Positions 53,214-64,000 of a stretch of 64,000 bases of DNA are shown piece by piece. How positions within the stretch are numbered: the first letter of the stretch is position 1; every line of letters begins with the position of its first letter. The notes beneath the pieces are model-generated. The model ran no database searches and was not told where the DNA came from. It saw only the letters and a list, made by a program, of their open reading frames with translations. Origin of the DNA: Octopus sinensis (lineage: Eukaryota); the NCBI RefSeq assembly GCF_006345805.1, contig NC_043003.1, forward strand, positions 3,100,001 to 3,164,000, in the 5' to 3' direction. The translations under genes and the position numbers were made by a program.

Positions 53214-53403
53214 GCACCTGTGCTGGTGGCACGTAAAAAGCACCCACTACACTCGTGGAGTGGTTGGCGTTACGAAGGGCATCCAGCTGTAGAAACACTG
53301 CCAGACCAGACTGGAGCCTGGTGCAGCCCCAGGCTTCCCAGACCCCGGTCAAACCGTCCAACCCGTGCTAGCGCGGAAAACAGACATTAAACGATGATGA
53401 TGA
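53212..53403 (+). mobile_element. RTE 3' tail joined to the tRNA half
   Basis: TGGCACCTGTGCTGGTGGCACGTAAAAAGCACCCACTACAC...(GAT)n then (AT)n. Confidence 0.85.
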
Positions 53404-53716
53404 TATATATATAGATTACACACACACACATGTAAACATCATGCACATACACACATATAGATATGCACATTCATATTTTGATTCTATAATTAAGCTTCTT
53501 TTTTCTGCAGGATCCTACATTGTAAGGATATATTTTCTGTTAATATTTTTCTATGCAGCCTTATTTTATGGTGTACAGTGTTGTGTATCAAAATTGTTTT
53601 TGTCATAAATGCATGTTTTGTCTCATACGACAGAGTGTTGTGCTCGTCTGGCAAATTTAACAGAAGTGTCTTGTTTGTAACTTCCATTTTTGCAATCCAT
53701 TTATGGATTAAATCTG

Positions 53717-54132
53717 CAGGAGTGGCTGTGTGGTAAGTAGCTTGCTAACCAACCACATGGTTCCGGGTTCAGTCCCACTGCGTGGCATCTTGGGCAAGTG
53801 TCTTCTGCTATAGCCCCGGGCCGACCAATGCCTTGTGAGTGGATTTGGTAGACGGAAACTGAAAGAAGCCTGTCGTATATATGTATATATATATATATAT
53901 AAGTGTGTGTGTGTATATGTTTGTGTGTCTGTGTTTGTCCCCCTAGCATTGCTTGACAACCGATGCTGGTGTGTTTACGTCCCCGCCGCTTAGCGGTTCG
54001 GCAAAAGAGACCGATAGAATAAGTACTGGGCTTACAAAGAATAAGTCCCGGGGTCGATTTGCTCGACTAAAGGCGGTGCTCCAGCATGGCCGCAGTCAAA
54101 TGACTGAAACAAGTAAAAGAGTAAAGAGAGTA
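53717..54132 (+). mobile_element. SINE family A, full-length young copy (tRNA-like head, CORE-like CTTGGGCAAG segment)
   Basis: GGAGTGGCTGTGTGGTAAG..GGTTCAGTCCC head, core, TA/TG spacer and 3' GAAACAAGTAAAAGAGTAAAG tail. Confidence 0.85.
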
Positions 54133-55884
54133 AAAGAGTAACTCCCGAGTGTGGAAGGCAAACCTCTCTCACTCTGCAATCTATTTATACTATGTTGTTT
54201 AGTGCTCCACGGGTTTCTGACCCCACTTTGCATTCTGCCCTAATTGAGTATAAATCATGTGAAAAAAATACAGATAAATATTTTTCACATTGATGCATCA
54301 AATATGCATAATGGAGCAAGCGAATCGACTTTGATTGCAAAAAAACAAAAAAACTCGTTAAGACTAATCATACATGAAAATGTGGCGGACACCGAGTTCT
54401 GTTTTTGAAAATTATTCAGAGCAAAATCTCTCGGTTTTAAAAGAATGGTGGAGAAGTGAAAAGTGAGTATGTATACATGTTTTTTTAAAGCTTCTGAAAT
54501 TAGTTTAGCTGTCACCATCATCATCATCATCATCATCATTTAACGTTCAATCTCCATGTTGGCATGAGTTTCACGGTTTGACAGGACTTGGTAAGGCTGG
54601 GAACTGCACCAGGCTCCATTGACTGTTTTGGCAATGTTTCTACAGCTGGATGCCCTTCCTAATGCCAACCATTTTACAGAGTGTACTGGGTGCTTTTTAC
54701 ATGGAAACTTTTTCCGTAGTCACAACACGTGTGCTTTTTCTGTGAAGCCAGCATGTGTGCTTTTTTACATGGCATCAGCTCCTGCGGGGGTCACCATTTC
54801 CGAAAAAGAAAACCCCATTTAAATTGCTGATGACCATCAAAGTGTTTTACCTCATAATTAAGTGATTTAGTAGTTTAAAACTAATATTTACATCTCAAAG
54901 ATTATATCCAAAAACAGCTTTTGTGAATTTTTGGTTAGAACTGAAATTTTTGGCTTCTTTCATAGAGACACTTTCATAAAGTAGAATTCTTTGGAAATAC
55001 TTATAATCTTGTATGTTAACACCAAAGTCTTCCACGCTTTTACCTCAATTACTTAACTGATATTCTATTAAAAAACAAAACATGTTATGAATTTCCTGCA
55101 GGTTGTAATTATTCTCGTCTCTAATAGAATGTCTCATTTCATAAAACATTTAATTTAATAAGTCAAGGTTTATCATACTGAAGATTTCTAAACAGAATGA
55201 AATGGTGCTACATGACTTGAAATAGATAAATGAATATGTGAATTCTATGCATTTTTTTCTTTTAGAATTCTTTGATAACAAATTCAAATTTCTAATCCCG
55301 ACAAGTTTTATGAAGAAAAGATGAACTCCCTTCTAATAGCTTAAACCACAAAAGGAAACATGTTTATTATTAGTTCATATAAAAATGCACATTCACATTA
55401 TAAATTTCTTTGTTCCTTTCGCAAATCATAGAAGTTACCGAATTGCATGGATATAAAAATATTTATTGCTTGTAGGAGGAAGTGAAAAATTGAAAATATC
55501 TTGAAATATAATTGAAAATTTATTGAAATAGAATCCAAATTTGAAGAACATGCATCAAAGAGGAAGATAATGGCAAGTTTAAGGAAATGAGTTTACCAAA
55601 AGTAAGAGCAGTTGTAACTTCTTTTAACCAATTCATCCAGCGTATTCATTGAGTAACGCATAATGGAAAAACAGTCTGAAAAGATATGGATGCAAATTTC
55701 ATTAAATAACAGCTTCTGTTTTTGATAGGCATTGCCCAGGACTTAGTTTTTATGTAGCAAAAAACTGAAATAAAATAATAAATAAACAAAAATAGTTAAC
55801 TGAAAATTTATAATTAAACTAAATTAGTTATAACTGAACATGTATAAAATTAGAAACTCACAGAAGCACATGCATACATATGTA

Positions 55885-56755
55885 CAAGGGGCGTTCAATA
55901 AGTAATGCCCCTGACCCACTTCCCATAGCAGTAGAGCAACGAAACTTGGCACAGTTATTAGTCTTTTTCTACATAGGAACCACTCAGAGTTACACATTTC
56001 TCCCATCGTTTGATGCAACTCCGGAGACCATTTTTGTAGAAGACTCCAGCTTGGTCCTCCAACCTCAACGTGACTTCAGAAATCAAGGCTGCATCATCTG
56101 GGAAATGCTTTCCTTTCAAAAACAACTTCATGGCTGGGAAGAGGTGAAAATCAGAGGGTGCAAGGTCGGGAGAGTAGGGGGATGGGGGAGGAGTTAATAG
56201 CCGCACGCCTGTGCTTCTGATCTGGCGACACACGAGTTGTAGACCGGAGCGTTGTCCTGCAGGAGGAGGATGCTTTGCTGATCTTGCCCCGCCTCTTGAT
56301 TTTGATAGCTTCTCTTAATTTCCTCAAAAGTGAAGCATAATAGGCTCCTGTAATTGTGGTACCCTTTGCCAGGAAATCTGTCATCACTACTCCGTCCTGG
56401 TCCCAGAAGACTGTGAGCATGACCTTGCCAGCGGAGGGCTGCACCCTTGCCTTCTTTGGAGGAGGTGAGTCACGGTGCTTCCACTGCATTGACTGGGCTT
56501 TGGTCTCTGGATCATAGTGATGGACCCAGGTTTCATCCTGTGTAATCAGTCTTTTGAAAAATTTTGACTCATCTTCTTAGCATATCTCCAAATTCATCCT
56601 CGAGCACTCGACGCGTTCTTGCTTCTGGAAAGGTGTGATCAACCTGGGAATTTGCCACTTAATCTATAGAGATATAAATAATTGCACATGTAAATTTTCA
56701 GCTACATCAAACAACTGCAAGTGGGTCAGAGGCATTACTTATTGAACGCCGCTCG
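55885..56755 (-). mobile_element. Mariner (DD34D type), internally deleted and frameshifted, both TIRs and TA flanks present
   Basis: LITQDETWVHHYDP, LLQDNAPV, YSPDLAPSDFHLF; TIRs CAAGGGGCGTTCAATAAGTAATGCC / GGCATTACTTATTGAACGCCGCTCG. Confidence 0.92.
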
Positions 56756-57097
56756 TAGGTTTGTATAAATACATTAACACACGCATAATAAAGCACACAC
56801 TTACATATACACAGCAAACATAAGAAGAATAGGATAAACCTGAAATGCAGTTTATACCATTCTACGTTTGGTTTGCCATTATGTATAGCAATTTGCATCT
56901 TCTTCAGTAGTGTTCATACCGACAAAGACATGAGTGTTGTGCTTCACTCTTGAGAAAATATGTTGAATGTTCGTAACTCAGTTACTCAGCTCACTTCTGA
57001 GGGCCACACTGTACAATGCCTAGGCCTCCTTGTGTGTAGCTGCCAGCTCATGATTTCCACGTGGTTGCATGGGACTTCCTTTGAGAGTTAGTTATAT

Positions 57098-57245
57098 TAT
57101 CATCATCATCATCATCGTTTAACGTCCACTTTCCATGCTAGCATGGGTTGGACGGTTCAACTGGGGTCTGGCAAGCCCAAAGGCTGCACCAGGCCAGTCA
57201 CATCTGGCAGTGTTTCTACAGCTGGATGCCCTTCCTAACGCCAAG
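57098..57245 (-). mobile_element. RTE 3' tail fragment
   Basis: (CAT)n plus reverse-complement family tail, abutting (TA)n. Confidence 0.8.
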
Positions 57246-57282
57246 AACTATATATATATATATATATATTAATATATATATA

Positions 57283-57328
<46 letters not shown>

Positions 57329-57584
57329 TATATATACACATACATACATTCAAAAGAGATGTCTCAAGAATTGAATCACTACTACCATCCACAACGGGTC
57401 ACTTTCAGGGCACTTGACCATTTAACATACTACTGTCATGGCACTCCCGCATTCTTCTTCTCCTCCTCCCTCTCCTTCTCTTCTTCTTCCCTACCAAGAA
57501 TTCACAATGACCTCGAACCCACAAGAGTAAACAAGGGAGACAGAGACAGGCAGAAATAAGCAAAATGCCCATTGTATTTGAATA

Positions 57585-59030
57585 CTATGCATTGTCAAAA
57601 ACAGGCTGCTCCATGCCTTCTATAACTCTGGTGTTGGTATCACACCTAGCCTGGGGACTTGGTATGGCCACACCATCACTGTTAGGCATCTTTGCAGACT
57701 CAGCATGAACCATTGTGTCAGGTGTGGTATTCAATTCTGGTTCTGGTTCACGTGTGTTCAGTGGGGCCATCTGCTCAACCATCCCTACCTGCAGTGGGTG
57801 ACCTTCCTGAATCCATGGAGTATTCTTTCCGGCATGTATCACATATTTTGCCTTGGATGCGACTTTTTCGAGCGTGTGTATTACATTCTCACCTATTTCA
57901 AAGAATGGGTTTACAGCAATCCTCAATGGTCTTTGCATTAACTTTTTGCCCGGTGATAATTTACAACCACCCGAAGCACTCCAATGGTTAAACAATATTT
58001 TTTTCAAGTAGTTGCTGAAATTCCCTGTCTTTGGATCAAAATGCTTCAGTGCAGCTTTCACAGTTTGTATGGCCCTCTCATTGGTGCCGTTAGATGCCAA
58101 ACTGTAAACGGGTGTCTCAATTTTTCTGCGACTCATTGATGACAACATGTTCTTTAACGCAACAAATTCAAGCCCATTGTCTGATACTAAAGCTGTATGG
58201 GCAAAGACCTCATTTTACCACCTTTTTGCCACCTCAGTTGAGCGATTAGGACACAAGAATGCCTCAATCCATGTTGAATAGGCATCTACAATTACAAGTA
58301 TGTTACCAATGTTTGGAACATATGCCCAATCCATATGCACACATTCCCAGGGCCCAGAAATAGGTTATGAATCATTTTCCTTAACTAAATTTGGCCTAAC
58401 TCTCTGCTAACTATTGCAAGATCTGACAAACCTCTCCACTGAGTAAGCCTACCCAGGCCACCAAACACAGAATCATGCCTTCGTAATTGCTTGTTGAATG
58501 CCTATGTGTGCAGCTCTATAAAGTGCTGGAATAAACCGATGGTTTCTATGATATATTAAACCATTTTGTGATGTTAGAAAATCCTTCCCTTCATTCGAGA
58601 CCGATCTCTGATTTTGCAGTAAATTTCTTTCCTTTATTTTGTTACATAATGCATTTGCATTTAGTTATTTTCGGATACCTTCCATCATTACGGGATCGAT
58701 GTCCTGCCACGCACTGTCATATTTATCTAAATGCGAAGCAAAAACAATTATATCACCATTGTTATTCTCATCATACCTCAATCGAGAGAGGACCTGAATG
58801 AGCGGAATACTTTTATCCAGAACATGCTTAAATTCTACTGTGACAGGATCCAACTCCACCTGGCTATTTTTTGTGAAGCAGATCGAGATACATTTAATTC
58901 CTTCACGAATAGGGTTTTCAAAGACTGTTGATCTGTTTCCAGATAAAACTGCTTTCCTAGAAGGAAATTCCGCGGTCTGTCCTCGCACCATACCACTGCA
59001 TAAGCCTCTCTCTCTATGTTCGACCAATTT
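57585..59030 (-). mobile_element. Decayed Ty3/Gypsy pol remnant (RNase H end plus integrase)
   Basis: ...IQVLSRLRY; AHIGIQQ...VWWPG...VRSCNS; PWECVHMDWA; LVIVDAYSTWIEA; VSDNG; SNGTNERAIQTVK; multiple stops. Confidence 0.85.
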
Positions 59031-59295
59031 CGTTGTGCTTAGCTAAAGGTGTGGCTTATGAATGCTACTGGGTGTCCTCCCTGGGGTAACACCCCAGCTA
59101 TTGCAATCAAGGATTTATAATTTTAGTAATTATTACCTTTGAAGGTTATTTTTTCCATGCTGACCACTTGATAAGTTCGTTTTTTATTTTTAAATTAACG
59201 ATTGTATCCTTATTTATATAAATACACACACACACACACATATATATACGAAAATCAACAACACAATGCAACTGTGTCAACAGAATGTTATAATG

Positions 59296-59388
59296 TGTTT
59301 CCCTGAAGAATTGTTGTGGACCGGCATCCAATTGCGCCCTCAACAGAGAATGCAAATAGCCACAATACCGAAACGTTCGTCGGGAATA
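59296..59388 (+). ncRNA. Type I hammerhead ribozyme candidate, core intact, long stem II insert
   Basis: Stem I TGTTTCC/GGGAATA; CTGAAGA; stem II TGTTGTGG/CCACAATA; GAAA; stem III ACG-TT-CGT; GTC triplet ending at C59381. Confidence 0.7.
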
Positions 59389-59707
59389 AAGAGTGTACAC
59401 ACACACACACACATTAATAAAATGAATGCAGATTTCTGTGTGTGTCCCCATGGTTTTCTGGCTTAGAGACCCAGCTGACTTTGATCTACCCACAAACATC
59501 ACATATTTGGAATCAGGGGACACTGCTTGATAGAAGTATGGTTAGGTCATTTAGAGTAAAAAATAAAAACTGTTTGTCTTTTTGACCGAATTAATAAAAA
59601 AAGAAAAAAAAAAGTATCTTTCTTGTTTGGCTGGCACTTCTCAATTTCTTTGGTTTTTGGTCCAATTGATTTCAAAGTTGGTCTATTGATGTTTTCTATG
59701 CTAATTA

Positions 59708-59932
59708 TTGGGTTGTCCGTAAAGTTTGTGCCGATTTTTAAAGGAAAGGAAAAGGTCAATAAACACTTGCCATTACATTTTTAATCAACCAAATATGAAC
59801 GATTTTGTTGCACAATGCGTCTCCATCTTTCCTTTAACTTGAAAATACCCTCTTCCCAGAATTGAGGTGCCTGGGAGGGTAAGTCGAAAGGTAAGTAACT
59901 ATAAATCGGCACGAACTTTCCGGACAACCCAA
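59708..59932 (-). mobile_element. Mariner-derived MITE
   Basis: 30-bp TIRs TTGGGTTGTCCGTAAAGTTTGTGCCGATTT / AAATCGGCACGAACTTTCCGGACAACCCAA; internal FWEEGIFKLKERWRRIVQQNRSYLVD*. Confidence 0.8.
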
Positions 59933-60665
59933 TGTTAAAATGCAATTCCTTTTCGTCCAAATTCAATCAATAAACAGTCATTAGCTTTTAAAGTTTGCAA
60001 ATTTTGGGTAATTTTAGCCAATCGAAAGCTACAGACGTATTGGTGCCCGTTTCCATAGTAAAAAGCCAAGCTGTTGTGTATCTTGTCACTCGTCTGTTGC
60101 TGTCCTGTCCAACCACCTCTAGTTTATATTGTTTACGGATATTTCACACTGTTTTCCTGTGACACACTGGATGCGGGAATCGATTCTTCCAGGATTATAA
60201 ATGTCTTGTTTACTCCGTTTTTCGCATTAAATGCATATTAGATGCTTAAAACTAAAAAATATGTGTTGTTTATTCGTTATTTTTAGCCATTTAAATGCTT
60301 AAAACACGTGCTACCATGTTATGTTGACATTATTGGTTTGTCGTCCTATGATTGCTGTCACGTACAAAATAACAGCTTCAGAACCTTGTCTGACTGAGTA
60401 AAAATGATCAAGCCATAAACCTCTGTAACTTTTTTTTCCTAATTTTCTGAAACAAGTGAATTATCCCCTGAGATTCAGTGTGAAAACTTACATTAATATA
60501 TCAAATTTGAACATTTTTTACTTAATTTTTAAAATTTCAAAGAGTGCAGCCAAACAAAAGGATCCGATTTTTAAAAAAAATTCTTTAATTTTCGCTAAAT
60601 CATCTTTATTTACATTTAATGAGCTAAAACTTTAATGAATGAAATAATTAAAGGTTATTCCTTAC

Positions 60666-60700
60666 CTCCGCCGCCTGTTTCGCTACTATTTCTTTCCTGC
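60666..60700 (-). CDS. Candidate 35-nt exon (phase 2 to 1 QERNSSETGGG, or phase 1 to 0 RKEIVAKQAAE)
   Basis: Acceptor atatttcatttaacag, donor GAG|gtaagg. Confidence 0.4.
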
Positions 60701-61329
60701 CTGTTAAATGAAATATAGCAATAAACGTTTTGAATATTTTCTTTATAATTTTGGCCAACAATTTTAGGGAAAGGGCTAAGTCGATTATATTGACCCCCCA
60801 GTACTTTATTTTATCAACATCAGAGGGATTAACGAAAAGTTGACCTCAGGAAAATTTGAACCCAGACGTAAAAAAACCGGATGAAATGCGGTGTCCAGTG
60901 CAGCAAGGATTCTGCTAGCGCATCGCCTGTTTTAAATATTGGGAATCATTAATGGTCAGACAGGGAAATCATAAGCGAAATTAATTGAAGGATTGGACAG
61001 GTCAAGGCTGTTTATGGTGCAATCAAATATATAGCGTCAGATGAACAGCTATCAATAAAAGTGAGGGTAAGAAGCCAATAGGCCCTCATAGAACCTATCC
61101 TTACATATCGCTGGAACATACAAAACAGGTCAAACCCTCCAGAGGTTTGGTTCCTTAACCTTTTGCCTGTCTTAACGCAAGACGTATTAACCTGGCATTT
61201 ATGCATCATATATTTCCGATTTTTTCAACCATTAGAATAAGTTGGGACTTATGAAAAGAAGGTTTTATATTACTGAGAACATACGAAACAAATTCTGTTG
61301 TCTGGGGAGAGTCATTTTCTTTTCGTGCC

Positions 61330-61730
61330 TTTGGCAGCTGACTTGGCAGACACCCATAAAATTATCAACCATCGTACAAACAATAACTCTGAGCACCTTT
61401 TCAAACTCCACCCATCTAACATCTGTGGACATATTTACAAAGTAAGAAAACAGCACAGCTCCCATGACTTCAGGAAACATTTTTTCACGCTGAGAGTTGC
61501 TGAAGCATGGAACAAACTGCCGGCATCAGTTGTTAGTTGTCGGAGCACTGCATCCTTCAAGACTTCCATGCTTCCTGAGATTCGCCAACACTACACTTGA
61601 TACACACACAAGCATGTTCACTTTCCAGACATTTCTACATTACTGCATGTACTTTATATGCACTTTCTGACAAGTTGTGGTGCACCTGAGCACTGTATAC
61701 AATAATTTCATTATTATATTATTATTATTA
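61330..61730 (+). mobile_element. CR1 3' fragment with (ATT)n tail
   Basis: GHIYKVRKQHSSHDFRKHFFTLRVAEAWNKLPASVV. Confidence 0.85.
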
Positions 61731-61751
61731 TAATCTAACACACTCACCGGT

Positions 61752-61831
61752 AATTTTCGTTGCGTCTTGCAACCTTTTCAATAGTTTTGACTCAAAAACT
61801 ATTGAAAAGGTTGCAAGACGCAACGAAAATT
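61752..61831. repeat. Perfect 37-bp hairpin nested in a 17-bp outer inverted repeat (61737-61753 / 61865-61881)
   Basis: 61752-61788 is the exact reverse complement of 61795-61831; loop GACTCA. Confidence 0.95.
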
Positions 61832-62044
61832 TTAGGAAAATAAAAATAAGAAAAAAGTGGAAATTTACCGGTGAGTGTGTTATATTAAAAGGCACAAAAA
61901 GAGAATGACTCTCCCCAGACACAACAGAATATGCTTCAACAGACGAACTCATATAAAGAACCTTGCAAACCAAATCCAAAAACGAAATACGAAACAAAGA
62001 CTAACTAAAAGTTTGAAAACAATCATGGACGTTTATGAAACTGC

Positions 62045-62380
62045 TTTGGACAAGCAAAAGGTTAAAAGTATGTTGAAGGTGTCCTTTGCAGATAGAGTGA
62101 CAGACATGGAGGTCTTCAAGGGGGGGAGGCCACTAGAATGCTTCTCCACAACAGACTCAGTTTATTGGACAGCATACAACAAGAAAAACCTTGAGAAATT
62201 TGGGGACAACTAGGAAACCGAAAGGAAGAAACTGGAAAAGACACTGAGAGAAGTTACTGGACATTTTTACTAGCTGGCTTTAGAAAGATCGACCATTAAC
62301 ATGTGTGGAACAAAAGGGCGTGCAGGTCCGTGAAGACTGACCACTGAAGGGCATGGCAGATGAAGAAGAGAAAATGGTAA
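62045..62380 (+). mobile_element. Degenerate RTE-BovB-like 3' fragment
   Basis: MLKVSFADRVTDMEVF...; tail GGCATGGCAGATGAAGAAGAG. Confidence 0.55.
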
Positions 62381-62526
62381 GCTTTGCATGCTAACTGGAC
62401 TATTATTTATGCGTTTTATGTAATATTATTTCAAGAATCTTGCTTTCAAGTTTATTAAAATAAAAACTATTAGCAAGTTAGATTGTAAGGTATTTTTTAA
62501 TGAGAATTGCGTCAAATAACTTTGTT

Positions 62527-62662
62527 GTCAATATTTTCCTAAAATAAATTTCGCCGAGGTCGACTTTGCCTTTCATCCTTTCGGTGTTGATAAATTAAGT
62601 ACCAGTTGTGTACTGGAGTCGATCTAATCGACTAGCACCCTTCCCAAAAATTTCGGGCCTTA
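62527..62662 (+). mobile_element. SINE family B, 3' part
   Basis: CGCCGAGGTCGACTTTGCCTTTCATCCTTTCGG..GATAAATTAAGTACCAG. Confidence 0.8.
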
Positions 62663-62830
62663 TTTTCTTAAGATTTCTATATATTTATTATACATAATTA
62701 ATTAATAAGGGTGAGAGAATTAGATACTAATTTAATAGTATATCTATTCAACACCAAGAGTGAGCCATATAGTGACCACTCTCTTATATTTATTTTATTA
62801 TACATACATACCCAAGTATATTTGCATATA

Positions 62831-63917
62831 AGAGATGCGTTTAAAAAGTAAACTAATGCCGCATGGACAAAATAGTTTGGGTGGGAGGTGATGTCGCCCT
62901 TTCCGTGCCGGTGGGTCGCATCAGTTCCCAGCCGTTTCGTCTTAAGACGTTCGTCGGATTTTCATTTTCACGCAACACGACCGACCTTACGCATCGGGCA
63001 GAAACCAATAAACCCATGTCTCATCTGCAGTGATGATGGTCTTCCTGAAGTCTGGGTTGTGGTTTTGCACAGATCAGCATATCCTGAGCGATTCTCATGC
63101 AGAGATGCTTTTGATGCTCCGCCGGAACCTTGAGGGCGAATTTCGCCGACTCTCTCCCAATGCACAAATCCTCCGGTACTACTAGCGAACAGTGGTCCCG
63201 GTGCGCGCATCCGCACTAGCTAGTCATGACTAGTCGATCCTTACTTTGTGTTTTTGTGTTTTATTTACTTTGTTTAACAAAAAATATTTACTTAGTGTTT
63301 TATTTACTTTGCTAGATAGTCGTTTTAGAGTCGACTAGTAACGACTAGCTAGCGCGTGTGCGTTAGTAGTACCAAATCCTCCGTTAAAATGGAATGCACT
63401 GATCCTGTGCTTTTCCCCCCTTCGTGAGTAATTTCCTGGGTTATTACTCACGACAGTCTTCCACAACTATTCACCGAACCTTCTCAACCGGCCTCTCTTC
63501 GTTTCAACTTGTGGATGGCCCCGCCTGAGCATGCCTCGTTCTCCACTGAGGTGCAGCTATGTTTGAAGCGGTTGTACCACTCGTTGATCTGGGTGTTGTC
63601 CATGGCATCATCACCGAAAAACCTGCTGAATCTTTGGGATGGTTTGAACTTGAGTATCACCAAGTTTTTTTTTTTTTTTGCAAAACTTGATGCAATGTCT
63701 CTACTTAAAGCGTTCGGTGAAAACGAAAATCTGACGAGGACTCACTACACGCCTGTACTCTTGGCCTAACACCCGAGAACTGAGGCGGTTTACCAGCGTG
63801 GAAATTTTCAAGCTTCTGCAAGAAGAGTGGCGTCACCTCCCACCCAAAGGATTTAACCCACGCGGCATTAGTTTTGGTGAGAAAAAATAAAGTTAGATAT
63901 TTTTTGAACGCACCCCG
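62831..63917 (-). mobile_element. Mariner with the 3' half of the transposase deleted, interrupted by a MITE
   Basis: HTH QVFGDDAMDNTQINEWYNRFK and RKTIITADETWVY; TA flanks; shared sub-terminal TCACCTCCCACCCAAA in inverted orientation. Confidence 0.75.
63175..63373. mobile_element. 199-bp Mutator-type MITE
   Basis: TIR GGTACTACTA / TAGTAGTACC; perfect 9-bp TSD AAATCCTCC (63166-63174 and 63374-63382). Confidence 0.85.
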
Positions 63918-64000
63918 TATGAATGTATGCATGCGTTATGTATGTGCGTATGTATGCAGGGATGGATGGATGGATATATCTTAGTATAAAACAGTAATTG

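Noticed and set aside
62968-63216. 82-aa GC-rich ORF with a donor-like gtaagg
   Set aside because: Off-frame reading of mariner sequence (IITADETWVY in another frame) plus the MITE.

Overview
AT-rich, microsatellite-dense animal genomic DNA, mostly transposable elements. The SINE and LINE content suggests an octopod cephalopod (inference). Retroelements: a CR1-type LINE with an unbroken 865-aa ORF2 at the left edge; a near-full-length RTE LINE (43717-47910) carrying a PHD finger inside its RT and four single-base frameshifts; about 15 truncated copies of that RTE's 3' tail, most sitting in (TA)n; other RTE and CR1 ends; a Gypsy pol remnant; a Penelope GIY-YIG remnant. Also present: mariner elements, several MITEs and two tRNA-derived SINE families. 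Host-gene evidence is sparse: a two-coding-exon acidic Ser-rich ORF (19518-21440, +), an isolated frameshifted KAT8/MOF-like exon (7695-7762, -) and a chain of candidate phase-1 exons on the minus strand. Most notable: (1) a set of type I hammerhead ribozyme motifs of the Penelope type, two with intact core plus stems I and III, one head-to-head inverted pair and several decayed copies, often beside long hairpins; (2) a tRNA-Ala 5' half fused to the RTE tail. All calls are by eye, with no database searches. Repeat boundaries are approximate.
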